Source: Longimicrobiales bacterium (GTDB taxonomy: Bacteria; Gemmatimonadota; Gemmatimonadetes; Longimicrobiales; Gaopeijiaceae). Taken from it: a DNA stretch of 64,000 bases. Both the position numbers and the translations under genes were made by a program. The notes beneath the pieces were generated by a model. The model ran no database searches, had not been told where the DNA came from, and saw only the letters and a list, made by a program, of their open reading frames with translations. Shown one piece after another: positions 31,383-42,379 of this stretch; positions within the stretch are counted from its first letter, which is position 1; the number at the start of each line of letters is the position of its first letter. The DNA is taken from the NCBI GenBank assembly GCA_965218295.1, contig CBDCKN010000014.1, positions 1 to 64,000 on the forward strand, written 5' to 3'.

Positions 31383-32418
31383 ATGCGTCAGGAAGCCTGA
31401 CGGGAACTGGAGTCCGACCCCTACGGAGCAGGGATGTGGCGGGCGGACCCCCCGGTGGGCTTCCGGAGGCGCGCGCCGAGAGCCCGGAGGGCAGCACCCG
31501 GGTGCGAGGGCGCTTCGAAGAGAGGCGGAGGCGCTGGCGCCACCTGCCGATCTGGGGCCATACCTCCTGCCTGGAAGGCCCGATTCGAAGGCTCCGCTGC
31601 CCCACGTGTGAGACCGTCCGCACCGAGGAGGTCCCCTGGGCCCGCTACGGGAGCTCCTTCACCCGCCCCTTCGAGGACGTGGTGGGGCTGCTGGCCCAGA
31701 AGCTCAACCACACCGACGTGGCCCAGCTCACCGGGATCGCCTGGGTCGCAGTGGGGAGCATCGCCCGGCGCCTCGTGGACGAGAAGCTGGACGAGGATCG
31801 CTTCCACGACCTCCGGCGTATCGGCATGGACGAGTTCAGCTACCGCAGGCACCACCGCTACCTCACCGTGGTCGTCGACCACGACCGGGAGCAGGTCGTC
31901 TGGGCCGGCGAGGGGAAGTTCGCCAAGACTGTCCTGGACTTCTTCCAGGAGCTGGGGCCCGAACGGGCCTACGCCCTCCAGCTCGTGAGCATCGACATGT
32001 CTGCTGCCTACGACAAGGCAGCTGGATCCTGCTCAAGCGGAAGGAGAAAGCCAAGCTCTCCACCATCGAGATGGTGAACCGCCCTCTCTACAGGGCCTAC
32101 CTCCTCAAGGAAAGCTTCCTGAACCTCTTCCGCTCCGCCACCCGGGCCGAAGCCGAAAGGGGGCTCAAGGCCTGGCTCGCCTGGGCCTCCGGCTCCCGCC
32201 TCCAACCCTTTGTAAAACTAGCCCGCACCGTACGAAAACACCAGGAGGGGATCCTCCGGGCCATCGAATCCCGGCTCACCAATGCCCGGCTGGAAGGGAT
32301 GAACAACAAGATCCGCCTCCTCCACCGGGCCTACGGCTTCCACTCCGCCCAGGCCCTCATCGCCATGATCTATCTGTGCTGTTCTAACATAGAGCTGCCC
32401 CAGCTACGCCTGTCTTAG
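31383..32418 (+). pseudogene. ISL3-family transposase with internal deletions
   Basis: RRWRHL..RRLRCPTC..VPWA, IGMDEFSYRR, IDMSAAY, then a jump to AYLLKE..TNARLEGMNNKI..AYGF. Confidence 0.85.
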
Positions 32419-32703
32419 GAGAACCACAAGGTCTTCGTGGCCGGTTCGTCACCCCGATCGACGGGCGGCCGCCTCCGCGCCGGGTTGGAGCCGCCGGGCT
32501 TCCGTGGCCGGTTCTCTCTCCGCCGGCGCTCTGACAGGTCGCTGAGGAACGACAGTGGGCCGCGTTGCGAGCGCCGTCGGTGCAGCCGCAAGGCGGTGCG
32601 AGCACGCGATGCCCCGGGCGCTCGGGACGGCCGATGCCCTTGAATTTGTCCGCCGGAACGTGGATCATGGTGCGTTCACGTTTCCTCCTCCCTCGGTCGA
32701 ACG

Positions 32704-34998
32704 ATGAAGCTCCTCTTCCGATTCCGACGCGGGCGTACGGACGGGTCACCCCGCCCTCCCGGACCCGTGCCCGCCCCACTTTGCACCCCCGTCTTCGCTC
32801 TCCTCCTGTGGGCGCTTCCGACCCCGGGGCACGCCCAGGCGCAGGGCAGACCCAATCCGGCCCCTCCCAGGAGCTGGCCCGTCGATCCCGAAACCGCGCC
32901 CCGACCCGTCGCCCGGGCCACGTTCACGCCGGAGCCGATCGTGGTGGACGGGCGCCTCACCGAAGATGCGTGGAAGACCGGCGAGCCCGTCACGGAGCTC
33001 GTCCAGAGGGAGCCCCGCACCGGGTACCCCGGGACCGAGCGGACCGAGATCACGTTCCTCTACGATCAGGACGCCGTTTATGTCGGCGCGGTGTTCCACG
33101 ACGCGGACATGGGCGGGCTGATGTACGGGGGTCTGGAGAACGACTTCCAGCCCACGGCCGGCGACATGTTCGTGGTTACCCTCGATACCTTCCGCGACCG
33201 CCGAAACGGCTTCGTGTTCGCGATAGACCCCAGCGGGGCCGTCTGGGACGCGCAGATCTCCAACGACGGTCGAACCGTCAACCGTGCCTGGGACGGCGTC
33301 GTGCACGTGAAGACGGAAGTCACGGACACCGCCTGGGTCGTGGAGATGGCGATTCCCTTGACAACCCTCCGGTTCGACCCGAGCCGGGTGGAGGAGGGTT
33401 GGGGACTCCAGCTCTTGCGCCGGATCCGCCGGAAGAACGAGTGGCTCTACTGGGCCCCCCTGGACCGGGCGTACAACGGCTTCTTCGTGTCCAGGGCGGG
33501 CGCCCTGGTCGGCCTCTCCGGCCTTCGGCAGGGCCGGAACCTGACGGTGAAGCCGTACCTCCTGGCGGAGGACGTGTCGGGGACCCTGACGGCCGGGGCC
33601 GAGGAGGGGAAGGGCTACGACGCGGGGGTGGACCTCAAGTACGGGCTCACCCCCGGGGTCACCATGGACCTCACCTACCGGACGGACTTCGCCCAGGTGG
33701 AGGTGGACCAGGAACAGGTGAACCTGACCCGATTTCCGCTGTTTTTCCCCGAGCAGCGGGATTTCTTCCTGGAGAACGCCGGTATCTTCACTTTCGGCGA
33801 CGCACGGGACCGGAGTCTCCGGACGAGCACCGCGCTCAGGGACTTCGTCCTGTTCCACACGAGGCGGATCGGCCTCGCCGGGGGACGCCCGATCCCCATC
33901 GTAGGGGGCGGCCGGATCACGGGGCGGCTCGACCGGTACGAGTTCGGCCTCCTGAACATACAGACGGAGTCCGCGGGCGAGACGCCATCCGAGAACTTCA
34001 CCGCGCTGCGTCTCCGGAGGAACATCCTCAGGAACTCCGAAGCCGGCGTCATTCTCCTGAACCGGGAGGCCATCGGCGCCGACGGCGGGTACAACCGGAG
34101 CTACGGGGCCGACCTGAACCTCCATTTCCTCGGGCGCCTGTTCATCGATTCGTACCTGGCGGGAACGGAGGGTTCGGGAGAAGACGCGGACGGAACCGCC
34201 GGGCGGATCTCGGTCGGCTGGCGCGACCGGCTCTGGAACACATCCGCCTTCGTGAAGAGGGTGGGGCGGAACTTCGGTCCCGGGCTGGGATTTGTCCCTC
34301 GTCGCGGGATCCACCACTTCTACGGCACCGTGGGCGTCCATCCCCGGCCCCGTGCCTCCTGGCTCCAGGAGGTGAATCCCTTCGCCGAAGTGGACTACAT
34401 CACCGACCTGCGGTCGGCGCTGGAGACCCGGATCGTCAACCTGGGGTTCGTGGTGAAGTTCTGGGACTCAGCCACCCTGAGCTTCGAGTACGAGGACCGG
34501 TACGAGCGGCTGGAGGAGCCGTTCCGGGTCTTCCAGGGGGCCGTGATCCCGGCCGGCAGCTACGATTTCCGGGACGTGAGCGTCCGCTACCAGACGGGAC
34601 TCGGGCGGGACCTGAACGGGAACGTCCGGGTCTCGTCGGGAGGCTTCTTCGACGGCGAGAAGCGCTCCGTCGGGCTGGGCGCGGACTGGCGCCTGCGCTA
34701 CGATCTGAAGCTGGAGCTCCTTCTGGACCGCAACGAGGTAGAGCTGCCGGACGCCTCCTTCACGGCGGATGTCGGCGCCGTCCGGGTGGAATATGCGTTC
34801 TCCACGAGGCTCTTCGGGAGCGCCTTCGTCCAGTACAACGCCGAGTCCGACCAGATGGTGACTAGCATCCGGGTGGACCTCCGGTACTCGCCTCTGAGCA
34901 ACGTGTTCCTGGTCTACACCAAGCGACGGGACCTGCGGGCCTCGGTGCTGCTCGAGCGGTTGTTTTCTCTGAAGGCGACGAGGCTTCTCGCGTTCTGA
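32704..34998 (+). CDS. DUF5916 / CBM9-like domain outer-membrane protein
   Basis: Signal peptide, VDGRLTE..W, WVVEMAIPL, TDFAQVEVD..NLTRFPLFFPEQRDFFLE, terminal F. Confidence 0.85.
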   Translation: MKLLFRFRRGRTDGSPRPPGPVPAPLCTPVFALLLWALPTPGHAQAQGRPNPAPPRSWPVDPETAPRPVARATFTPEPIVVDGRLTEDAWKTGEPVTELVQREPRTGYPGTERTEITFLYDQDAVYVGAVFHDADMGGLMYGGLENDFQPTAGDMFVVTLDTFRDRRNGFVFAIDPSGAVWDAQISNDGRTVNRAWDGVVHVKTEVTDTAWVVEMAIPLTTLRFDPSRVEEGWGLQLLRRIRRKNEWLYWAPLDRAYNGFFVSRAGALVGLSGLRQGRNLTVKPYLLAEDVSGTLTAGAEEGKGYDAGVDLKYGLTPGVTMDLTYRTDFAQVEVDQEQVNLTRFPLFFPEQRDFFLENAGIFTFGDARDRSLRTSTALRDFVLFHTRRIGLAGGRPIPIVGGGRITGRLDRYEFGLLNIQTESAGETPSENFTALRLRRNILRNSEAGVILLNREAIGADGGYNRSYGADLNLHFLGRLFIDSYLAGTEGSGEDADGTAGRISVGWRDRLWNTSAFVKRVGRNFGPGLGFVPRRGIHHFYGTVGVHPRPRASWLQEVNPFAEVDYITDLRSALETRIVNLGFVVKFWDSATLSFEYEDRYERLEEPFRVFQGAVIPAGSYDFRDVSVRYQTGLGRDLNGNVRVSSGGFFDGEKRSVGLGADWRLRYDLKLELLLDRNEVELPDASFTADVGAVRVEYAFSTRLFGSAFVQYNAESDQMVTSIRVDLRYSPLSNVFLVYTKRRDLRASVLLERLFSLKATRLLAF

Positions 34999-35110
34999 TT
35001 GGGGCGGGCGGCACGGGCGCCGCCGGGCGCGCCCGGCAGGAGTTCCGAGCGGCCCCGCCAGGCGCGGGCAGACGAACTGGGAGAGAAGAGAGACGAGGAA
35101 GGAGGCGGTC

Positions 35111-35630
35111 GTGAGCGAGCCTCTCGTGCTGACGGAGAGGATGAGCGTGGGGTCATCACCCTGACCCTGAACCGGCCCGAGGTGCACAACGCTTACAACG
35201 AGGGCATGCTCCGAGAGATCGAAGGCGGGCTGGACCGGTTGGCGAGGGATCCAGGGGTCAGGGCTCTCGTGATCCTGTCGAACGGGAAGCACTTCCAGGC
35301 GGAGCCGACCTCCTTCCTCCGCACGGTGGCCGACCTGCCGCCGGAGGCGAGGCTCGAGCTTTCCCGGCTCACATGCAACGTGATGCGGAAGCTCAACGGG
35401 TTCCCGGCCCTCACCATGACGCTGGTCCATGGGGCGTGCTACGGGGGCGGCTGCGGCTTCGTCGCCTGCAGCGACGTGGCGGTGGCCTCGGACGACGCCG
35501 TCTTCGCCCTCACCGAGGTCCGGGTGGGGCAGGTTCCGAGCCCCATCGCCCACTACTTGAACTCGGCCATGGGGGAGCGGAAGGGCTCGCGGCCTTCGTG
35601 GAGAAGCGGAGACCGACCTGGGTCCCGTGA
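35111..35630 (+). pseudogene. Enoyl-CoA hydratase/isomerase pseudogene
   Basis: TLNRPEVHNA, GACYGGGCGF, FALTEVRVG; frameshift near the start and a deletion before EGLAAFVEKRRPTW. Confidence 0.85.
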
Positions 35631-36004
35631 TCGCCCCCCGGGGATCCGCAGTGCGACGTCGTCCCTCCCGATCCGCCGCGTCTGGGAGTACTCCCCGGGA
35701 TCCGCCCCTCCCTGCCCGCCGACGCCCCGGAGGAGATACGCTGTGCCCGCTCCGGGGGCCGGCGTCCTAGAAGAAGCTTGACCTCGCGCACGGTCCCAGC
35801 TAAATAGTGAGGGTGTGGGGCCACTATCGCCTTTGTCATCGGCGAGCCGGTCCGCGGTTGGCAAGTACCAGCTGCGGGTGGGTTCCAGAGGATGGCCGGG
35901 TCTAGGGGCCGACGGAACTCGCCCGTCCGAGCGACTTGGGCATCCCGTCCATCTCGCGCCCGGATTAAAGATCCGAGCGATGCTGAGACCGAGCGATGAA
36001 GCCC

Positions 36005-37098
36005 CAAGATCGAAGATCCCCGCACCGGTGGTGACGTGGGTCGCTACCTCTCTCCCTACCAGTCGGACGAAGACAGCCTCTTCTTCCAGACCTTCAACCG
36101 CAACAAGCGGAGCCTAGCCTGGACCTGAGCAACCCGGACGGCCGGAAGGTCCTTCTTGATCTCGTCCGAACGGCCGACGCCGTCTACTCGAACCTGAGGG
36201 GCGACGTCCCGGAGCGCCTGGCGATCCGCTACGACGACCTGAAGCACGTGAACCCGGCCATCGTGTGCTGTTCCCTCTCGGGCTACGGGATGACCGGGCC
36301 GCGCCGCGGCGAACCTTCCTACGACTACATGATCCAGGGCATGGCGGGGTGGATGGACCTCACCGGCGAGCCCGAGGGGCCTCCCGTGAAGACCGGACTC
36401 TCCCTGGTGGACTTTAGTGGCGGTACGTGGCGGCCCTCTCCATGATGATCGGTATCCATGCCGCCCGCCGTGACGGGGTCGGGATGGACTGCGACGTCAG
36501 CCTGTTCGACGTGGCGATGGGGATGCTCACGTACCTCGCCACGTGGCATCTCTCGGCCGGATACGAGCCCGCCCGCACCCGCCATTCGGCTCACCCGTCC
36601 CTGGTGCCGTTCCAAAACTTCGAGACCTTGGACGGGTGGATCGTGGTGGGCTGCGCGAAGCAGAAGTTCTGGCAGCGTCTGTGTCACACCATGGGACGGC
36701 CCGAGCTCCTGGAGGACGAGCGCTTCGCCGACTTTCGGCGCCGGCATGAGAACAGGGAGATCCTGCTTCCCATCCTGGAGGAGGTTTTCCGGGGAGACAC
36801 CTCCCGGAGCTGGTTGGAAAAGCTGGGTCGTGCCAAGGTCCCCTGTTCAGGGGTCAATCGCGTCGCCGAAGCGTTCCGGGAGCCGCAGGCCGAGGCCCGC
36901 AACCTCGTCGTCGAGACCGCCCACCCCCACTTCGGAACGATCCGGCAGGTCGCGAGTCCCGTCCGGGTCGGCAGCCACCCCCCCGAACACCGCCCGGCGC
37001 CCGCGCGGAACGCCGAAGCCGATTACGTCCTCAGGGAGATCCTAGAGTACCCGGAGGACCGGATTCGCGAGCTGGCAGCGGCGGGCGCGTTCGGATAG
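36005..37098 (+). pseudogene. CaiB/BaiF (class III) CoA transferase pseudogene
   Basis: FNRNKRS, NLRGD, SGYGMTGP, YDYMIQG over several frames; N-terminus missing. Confidence 0.85.
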
Positions 37099-37110
37099 CG
37101 ACCGCCGGAT

Positions 37111-38331
37111 ATGCCCCAGCGGGCGGCTCCCGCCGGAGGCGGAGGCCCACTCTCCGGGATCCGGGTGGTGGACGTGGCCACCTTCGTGGCCGCGCCGTTC
37201 TGCGCGGTGCTCCTGGGGGAGTTCGGCGCCCAGGTGATCAAGGTGGAGATGCCGGGGAAGGGGGACCCCCTTCGGCAGTTCGGCGAGAAGTACAACGGGG
37301 TGAGCCTCCTCTGGGCTCAGGAGAACCGGAACAAGAAGGGGGTGACCTGCGACCTGCGAACCCCCGAGGGCCAGGAGATCCTGAAACGGCTGGTGGGGCG
37401 GAGCGACGTGCTGGTGGAGAACTTCAGGCCGGGGACCCTGGAGCGGTGGAACCTCGGCTACGATGCGCTCCGGGAGGTGAATCCACGCCTCGTGATGGCC
37501 CGGATCTCCGCATACGGCCAGACGGGTCCCTACCGGCACAAGGCGGGCTTCGCCAGGGTCGCCCACGCGTTCGGGGGGCTCTCCTACCTGGCGGGGTATC
37601 CGGACCGCCCCCCGGTGAACCCGGGCTCGGCCACCATCGCCGACTACCTCTCCGGCCTCTTCGCCGCGTTCGCGGTCATGGTCGCCCTGGAGCACCGGCA
37701 CCGGACGGGAGAGGGGCAGTCGATCGACATCTCCCTATACGAGTCGATCTTCCGCATCCTGGACAACCTCGCCGCCGTCTACGACAAGCTCGGGATGGTC
37801 AGGGAGCGGATCGGGACCGGCACCGTGCACGTCGTCCCGCACAACCATTATCCTACGGGGGACGGCAAGTGGGTCGCTATCGCGTGCACCAGCGACCGGA
37901 TGTTCGGGTGCCTGGCCGGCGCCATGGGGCGGGAGGAGTTGGCCCGGGACCCGCGCTACCGGACCAACGCCGACCGGGTGCAGCACCGGGAGCAGGTAGA
38001 CCGGATCGTCTCTGAGTGGACCAGGGGCTACAGAATGAAGGAGCTCATCGCCCTCCTGGACGCCGCGGAGGTGCCGGTGGGTCCCATCAACAGCATCGCG
38101 GACATCTTCCGGGATTCGCAGTTCGAGGCGCGGGGATCGATGGTGGAGATCGAGGATCCGGTCCTGGGCAGGCTCAGGATGCCCGGAATCGTTCCCAGGA
38201 TGAGCCGGAGCCCGGGGGAGGTGCGCCGTCTCGCCCCCGCCCTCGGGGAGCACAACGAGGAAGTCTACGAAGGTCTCCTGGGCTACACGGCCCGGGAGTT
38301 CGCCGACCTGGAGCGCAGGGGGGTCATCTGA
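37111..38331 (+). CDS. CaiB/BaiF (class III) CoA transferase
   Basis: PLSGIRVVD, NRNKKG, ENFRPG, YGQTGP, IADY, PALGEHN. Confidence 0.93.
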   Translation: MPQRAAPAGGGGPLSGIRVVDVATFVAAPFCAVLLGEFGAQVIKVEMPGKGDPLRQFGEKYNGVSLLWAQENRNKKGVTCDLRTPEGQEILKRLVGRSDVLVENFRPGTLERWNLGYDALREVNPRLVMARISAYGQTGPYRHKAGFARVAHAFGGLSYLAGYPDRPPVNPGSATIADYLSGLFAAFAVMVALEHRHRTGEGQSIDISLYESIFRILDNLAAVYDKLGMVRERIGTGTVHVVPHNHYPTGDGKWVAIACTSDRMFGCLAGAMGREELARDPRYRTNADRVQHREQVDRIVSEWTRGYRMKELIALLDAAEVPVGPINSIADIFRDSQFEARGSMVEIEDPVLGRLRMPGIVPRMSRSPGEVRRLAPALGEHNEEVYEGLLGYTAREFADLERRGVI

Positions 38332-38335
38332 GGCG

Positions 38336-40909
38336 ATGACCGGGTATCCGATTCTGTTCTTCCTTCTGGACGGCCTCGGCGACTGGCCCTGCCGGGAGCT
38401 GGGCGGCGCCACGCCCCTGGAGGCCGCCCACACGCCCGCCCTCGACGCCGTTACGGCCCGGGGTGCCAACGGGATCGTCTACCCGCTGGGGGCGGGCCGC
38501 TGCCCCAGCAGCGAGCGCGCTCAGTGGGCGTTCCTGGGGTACCGGCCCGAGCGCTTCCCGGGCCGCGCCGCCCTGGAGGCGGAGGGGGCGGGCCTCCACG
38601 TGCCGCTGGGGACCGTGTGCGCATACGCCGCGCTTCGGAGCGCGCGCCCCGAAGGGGGATACCTGCGTCTCCAGGGCCGGTACCGGGAGGCGGAGGAAGA
38701 GGACGCGAGCGAGCTCCTGGCTGCGGTGGACCGGCTGGCCTTCCACGGCATCCTCTTCCATATACGGCCCATCGAGCGCGGAGATGCCCTCCTCACCCTG
38801 GGCGGGTGTGGGAGTGCCGAGGTGACCGACTCCGACCCGTTCTCGACGGACCGGCCGGTCCTCCTCGTCGAGGCTCGGGAGGAGGCCGCCGACCCCGCGG
38901 CGGCCGAGAGGACCGCCACGGCGCTGAACCGTTATCTCCTGCACTCCCACCGGGTGCTGGACCAGCATCCGGTGAACCGGCGCAGGAGGCAGGAAGGATC
39001 GCTTCCCCTGAACGTGCTGGTCACGAAGTGGATCGGTCGTCGAGGGCCCGTAGAGCCGCTGAACGGCCACGTGGGAGGTCCGGCAGCGATCGTCTCCAGC
39101 GTGCCGATGTACCGCGGGTTGGCGGTGGTGGTGGCGGCCGACTACCACCACGTCCCCGAGTCGGATCCCGAGTCGGAGGTGACGGCGAAGGTGGAGCAGG
39201 CCCTCGAGCTGGTGAAGGACGGGCACGCGTTCGTCTACGTGCACACGAAAGCCCCGGACGAGGCGGCGCACCGGGGCGATCCCGTGGAGAAGATGCGCGT
39301 CATCGAGGGGATCGACCGGGCGATGGCCCCCCTGGTAGAAGAGGCCGGGGAGTTCGTCCTGGCCGTGACCGCCGACCATACCACACCGACCTGGGGCCCC
39401 CTACTCCATTCGGGCGACGCGGTGCCCCTGGCGGTCGCCGCACCCTCCGCCCGAGTCGACGACGTGGAGCGGTTCGGGGAACGGGCCGCGGCCCGGGGGT
39501 CGCTGGGGACGCTCCGGGGCGAGGACTTGCTTCCGGTCCTGGTCAACCTCTCGGGCCGCGGGCGCTTCCTGGGGAGCCGGCACGGGCGGATCTCCACCGC
39601 CGCGACGTCGACGGACCTGCCGCTCCTTTCGGTGGACGGGTCGCCAGCTCAATCGAGCCTTCGGGGAGTCACCATGGACCTACACGACAGATCGGATCAC
39701 CTGAACGCAATCCACGAGAAAATCGACCGCCTGTACGAGGAGACGGTACGGCCGCTGGAGGAGCGGCTGGCCCACCGCTTCCAGGACAGCCGACTCTACC
39801 TGGACGAGCAGGGGAGGCGCCACCCGGAGATCTCCGAGGCGCGGCGGGAGATCATGCGGGCCGCCGGGAAGGCGGGAATCTACAGCCTCCACCTCCCCGA
39901 AGAGATCGGTGGCGGGGGGCTCGGGCGCGCCGACATGCTGGAGGTGGAGGAGCACGTTTACCGGTACGGCGTGGGCCTGAACCCCGCCATTCTCTCCTGG
40001 TCCGAGGGAGCCGCGCCGCGCGTCATCTTCTCCCGTCCGGAGCAGTGGGAGGAGTACGTCGATCCCCTGGTCCGCGGTGAGTGCACGAGCCTCCACGGGG
40101 TGACGGAGCCCCAGGCGGGATCCAACTTCTTCGACTTCAGGGCCGATGCCGTGCGGAGGGACGGCAAGTGGATCCTGAACGGGCACAAGGCGTTCATCAC
40201 CAATGTCTTCGAGGCGGACATCGCCCAGGTGCTGGTGGTCACGGATCCGAACGAGCGCCGCCGCCGGTTCACCTACTTCCAGTTCAGGACGAAGGAGTTC
40301 CTGGGCAGGGGCTTCCGCCCCGGCCGCGTGTACCAGACCATGTTCGACGACGGGCTTACCGGGGAGTTCTTCATGGAGGACCTCGAGCTCTCCGACGAGC
40401 ACATGCTGGGGGAGCGAGGTCAGGGGTTCGAGATCGCCATGACCTCCATCAACTGGACGAGGATGCGCCGAGGCGGGATGTGCGCCGGATGGGGCGCCTA
40501 CCTCATCGACCGGTCCCTGGAGCGGGCAAGGACCCGGGAGATCGGAGGCCGTCCTCTGGGCAGCCGGCAGGGGATCCAGTGGATGATCGCCGACATGTAC
40601 CTGGACTGGTACCAGGCTCGAGCCCTCTCCCTCTCCTGCGCCAGGGAGCTGGACGACCCGGGACCGTGGTGGAAGGCCCGGTCGCCGGAGGACATCCGGA
40701 GGGTCTGCCTGGTGAAGCTGTCGAACGATGAAGCGTTCTACCGGATCGCCGACCGGGCCGTCCAGATCCACGGAGGGGCGGGGATGATGAAGGCCAGCCC
40801 GGTGAACAAGCTCTTCCTGATCGCCCGCAACCTGCGCGTGCCCGGCGGGTCCGACGAGATCCAGCGCACCACCATCGCCGAGACCCTAGGGCTCAAGTTC
40901 AGGGGCTAG
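38336..40909 (+). CDS. In-frame fusion: ApgM/PhpG-like alkaline-phosphatase-superfamily mutase (aa ~1-435) plus acyl-CoA dehydrogenase (from ATG 39674)
   Basis: LDGLGD, TPLEAAHTP, PSSE, HTKAPDEAAH, TADH, HSGD; then TEPQAGS, NGHKAFIT, QGIQWMIAD, VQIHGGAG, GSDEIQR. Confidence 0.85.
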   Translation: MTGYPILFFLLDGLGDWPCRELGGATPLEAAHTPALDAVTARGANGIVYPLGAGRCPSSERAQWAFLGYRPERFPGRAALEAEGAGLHVPLGTVCAYAALRSARPEGGYLRLQGRYREAEEEDASELLAAVDRLAFHGILFHIRPIERGDALLTLGGCGSAEVTDSDPFSTDRPVLLVEAREEAADPAAAERTATALNRYLLHSHRVLDQHPVNRRRRQEGSLPLNVLVTKWIGRRGPVEPLNGHVGGPAAIVSSVPMYRGLAVVVAADYHHVPESDPESEVTAKVEQALELVKDGHAFVYVHTKAPDEAAHRGDPVEKMRVIEGIDRAMAPLVEEAGEFVLAVTADHTTPTWGPLLHSGDAVPLAVAAPSARVDDVERFGERAAARGSLGTLRGEDLLPVLVNLSGRGRFLGSRHGRISTAATSTDLPLLSVDGSPAQSSLRGVTMDLHDRSDHLNAIHEKIDRLYEETVRPLEERLAHRFQDSRLYLDEQGRRHPEISEARREIMRAAGKAGIYSLHLPEEIGGGGLGRADMLEVEEHVYRYGVGLNPAILSWSEGAAPRVIFSRPEQWEEYVDPLVRGECTSLHGVTEPQAGSNFFDFRADAVRRDGKWILNGHKAFITNVFEADIAQVLVVTDPNERRRRFTYFQFRTKEFLGRGFRPGRVYQTMFDDGLTGEFFMEDLELSDEHMLGERGQGFEIAMTSINWTRMRRGGMCAGWGAYLIDRSLERARTREIGGRPLGSRQGIQWMIADMYLDWYQARALSLSCARELDDPGPWWKARSPEDIRRVCLVKLSNDEAFYRIADRAVQIHGGAGMMKASPVNKLFLIARNLRVPGGSDEIQRTTIAETLGLKFRG

Positions 40910-40923
40910 AGGAGGCTCCCGAC

Positions 40924-41256
40924 ATGAAGTTGAACGTGGCGGTAGAAGCTTGCGAGGCTCTGGCGGGGCGCCCTGCTGAGCCGGGGGAGATCTACGAGCT
41001 GAGGGTGGTGCTGTATCCAGTGAGCAGGTACTTCGCGGCGGGGAGTCGGATCCAGGTGGAGGTGACGAGGAGCAACTTCCCGCCGTTCGCCCGGAACCTG
41101 AACACCGGGGTGAGCTCGGACACCACGACGGCGATGCGGCGGGCGACCACGCGGATCTATCACGATGCGGAGCGCCCGTCCCGCATCGTGCTCCCCCTGG
41201 TGCCCGTGCGGGGTGGCCACGGACCGGGTGGCTGCGGCCTGGTAGAGGGGGATTAG
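40924..41256 (+). pseudogene. CocE/NonD hydrolase C-terminal remnant
   Basis: PGEIYEL..FAAGSRIQVEVTRSNFP..NLNTG..IYHDAERPSRIVLP only; catalytic domain absent. Confidence 0.8.
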
Positions 41257-41257
41257 T

Positions 41258-41851
41258 GTGTTCCTACTCGGGCCCACCCTGCCTCCCCCAACGCCCGACG
41301 GCTCCATCGTCCCCGAGGGGATGGTCCACGGCCGGTTCCAGCCCTTCCATCTGGGACACCTGGAGTACGTGCTGGAGGCGGCCCGCCGCTGCCAGCAGCT
41401 TCTCGTCGGGCTCACGAACCCGGATCCTCTCCGCACCCGCTTCGAGGCGGACGATCCGCACCGAAGCGATCCGGCGGCCAACCCGTTCCCCTACCATGTG
41501 CGCTGCCTCATGGTGCAGCGTTCGCTGGTGGAGGCCGGGGTGGATGCCGGCCGGTTCACCATCGTCCCCTTTCCCATCCACGACTCGCACCTGTGGGCCC
41601 ACTACGTTCCCACCGGCGTCACGCACTTTCTCCGGGTGCTCTCGCCCTGGGGCGTGACGAAGATCCGGCGGCTCAGGGCGGCCGGCTACCCGGTGGTGGA
41701 CCTGGCCAGGGAGGGAATCAACACCGTCTCGGGAACGGAGGTCCGAAGAAGGTGGCGCGGAGGAGACGACTGGCGGGCCCTGGTCCCCGAGGCGGTGGCC
41801 GAGATCATGGTGATGATTCCCGTCACGGGACTCATCCACGGGGTCCGCTGA
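41258..41851 (+). CDS. Cytidylyltransferase-like (NadM/PhpF-like) nucleotidyltransferase
   Basis: HGRFQPFHLGH (HxGH), GLTNPDP, ANPFPY..R, VSGTEVR, W..LVP. Confidence 0.85.
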   Translation: MFLLGPTLPPPTPDGSIVPEGMVHGRFQPFHLGHLEYVLEAARRCQQLLVGLTNPDPLRTRFEADDPHRSDPAANPFPYHVRCLMVQRSLVEAGVDAGRFTIVPFPIHDSHLWAHYVPTGVTHFLRVLSPWGVTKIRRLRAAGYPVVDLAREGINTVSGTEVRRRWRGGDDWRALVPEAVAEIMVMIPVTGLIHGVR

Positions 41852-41868
41852 GAGGAGGCCCGGGAGCA

Positions 41869-42297
41869 ATGGGTCCTGCAGCGGTCGACGAAGTGGAGAC
41901 GAGTGGCGGGCGGGCCGCGTAAAGGGCGTGCGGAGAGGGGCCCCCCTTGATGCTCCTTCACGGGATCCCGTCCTCGGGATACATGTGGAGGAACGTCGCT
42001 CGGTTGCTGGCCGACGAGTTCACGGTCGTAGTCCCGATCTGATCGGCTCCATGCCCTGAACGGGACCGATCTTACGGAGAACCGTGAAGCAATCGAAGCC
42101 TATACGGCCCGGTGCTCATCCTCTGGGGCGAGCAGGACCCTTTCCAGCCACTGGAGGTGGGGAGGCGACTCGCGACGGGTCTCCGGAACGCTCGGCTCGT
42201 GACCTTTCAGAACACCGGCCACTGGGCCAGGGACGATTCCCCCGGGGAGATCTCGCGCGAGATCCAGGATTTCGCGCGGTAGCCGGGCGGGCCCTGA
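41869..42297 (+). pseudogene. Alpha/beta hydrolase remnant
   Basis: GPPLMLLHGIPSSGYMWR..PDLIG and LILWGEQDPFQP fragments; stops, frameshifts, middle deleted. Confidence 0.7.
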
Positions 42298-42379
42298 TCC
42301 CCGCGGGTGGCCGGGATCCTGGAGAGAGGATCCCGGCCACTGCTCCGGTTGCGGGGACGCGTTGATGTGGACGAAAGCC

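Noticed and set aside
36005..36450. Programmed frameshifting in the first CoA transferase
   Set aside because: Several independent shifts plus a missing N-terminus indicate decay or sequence error; no slippery site seen
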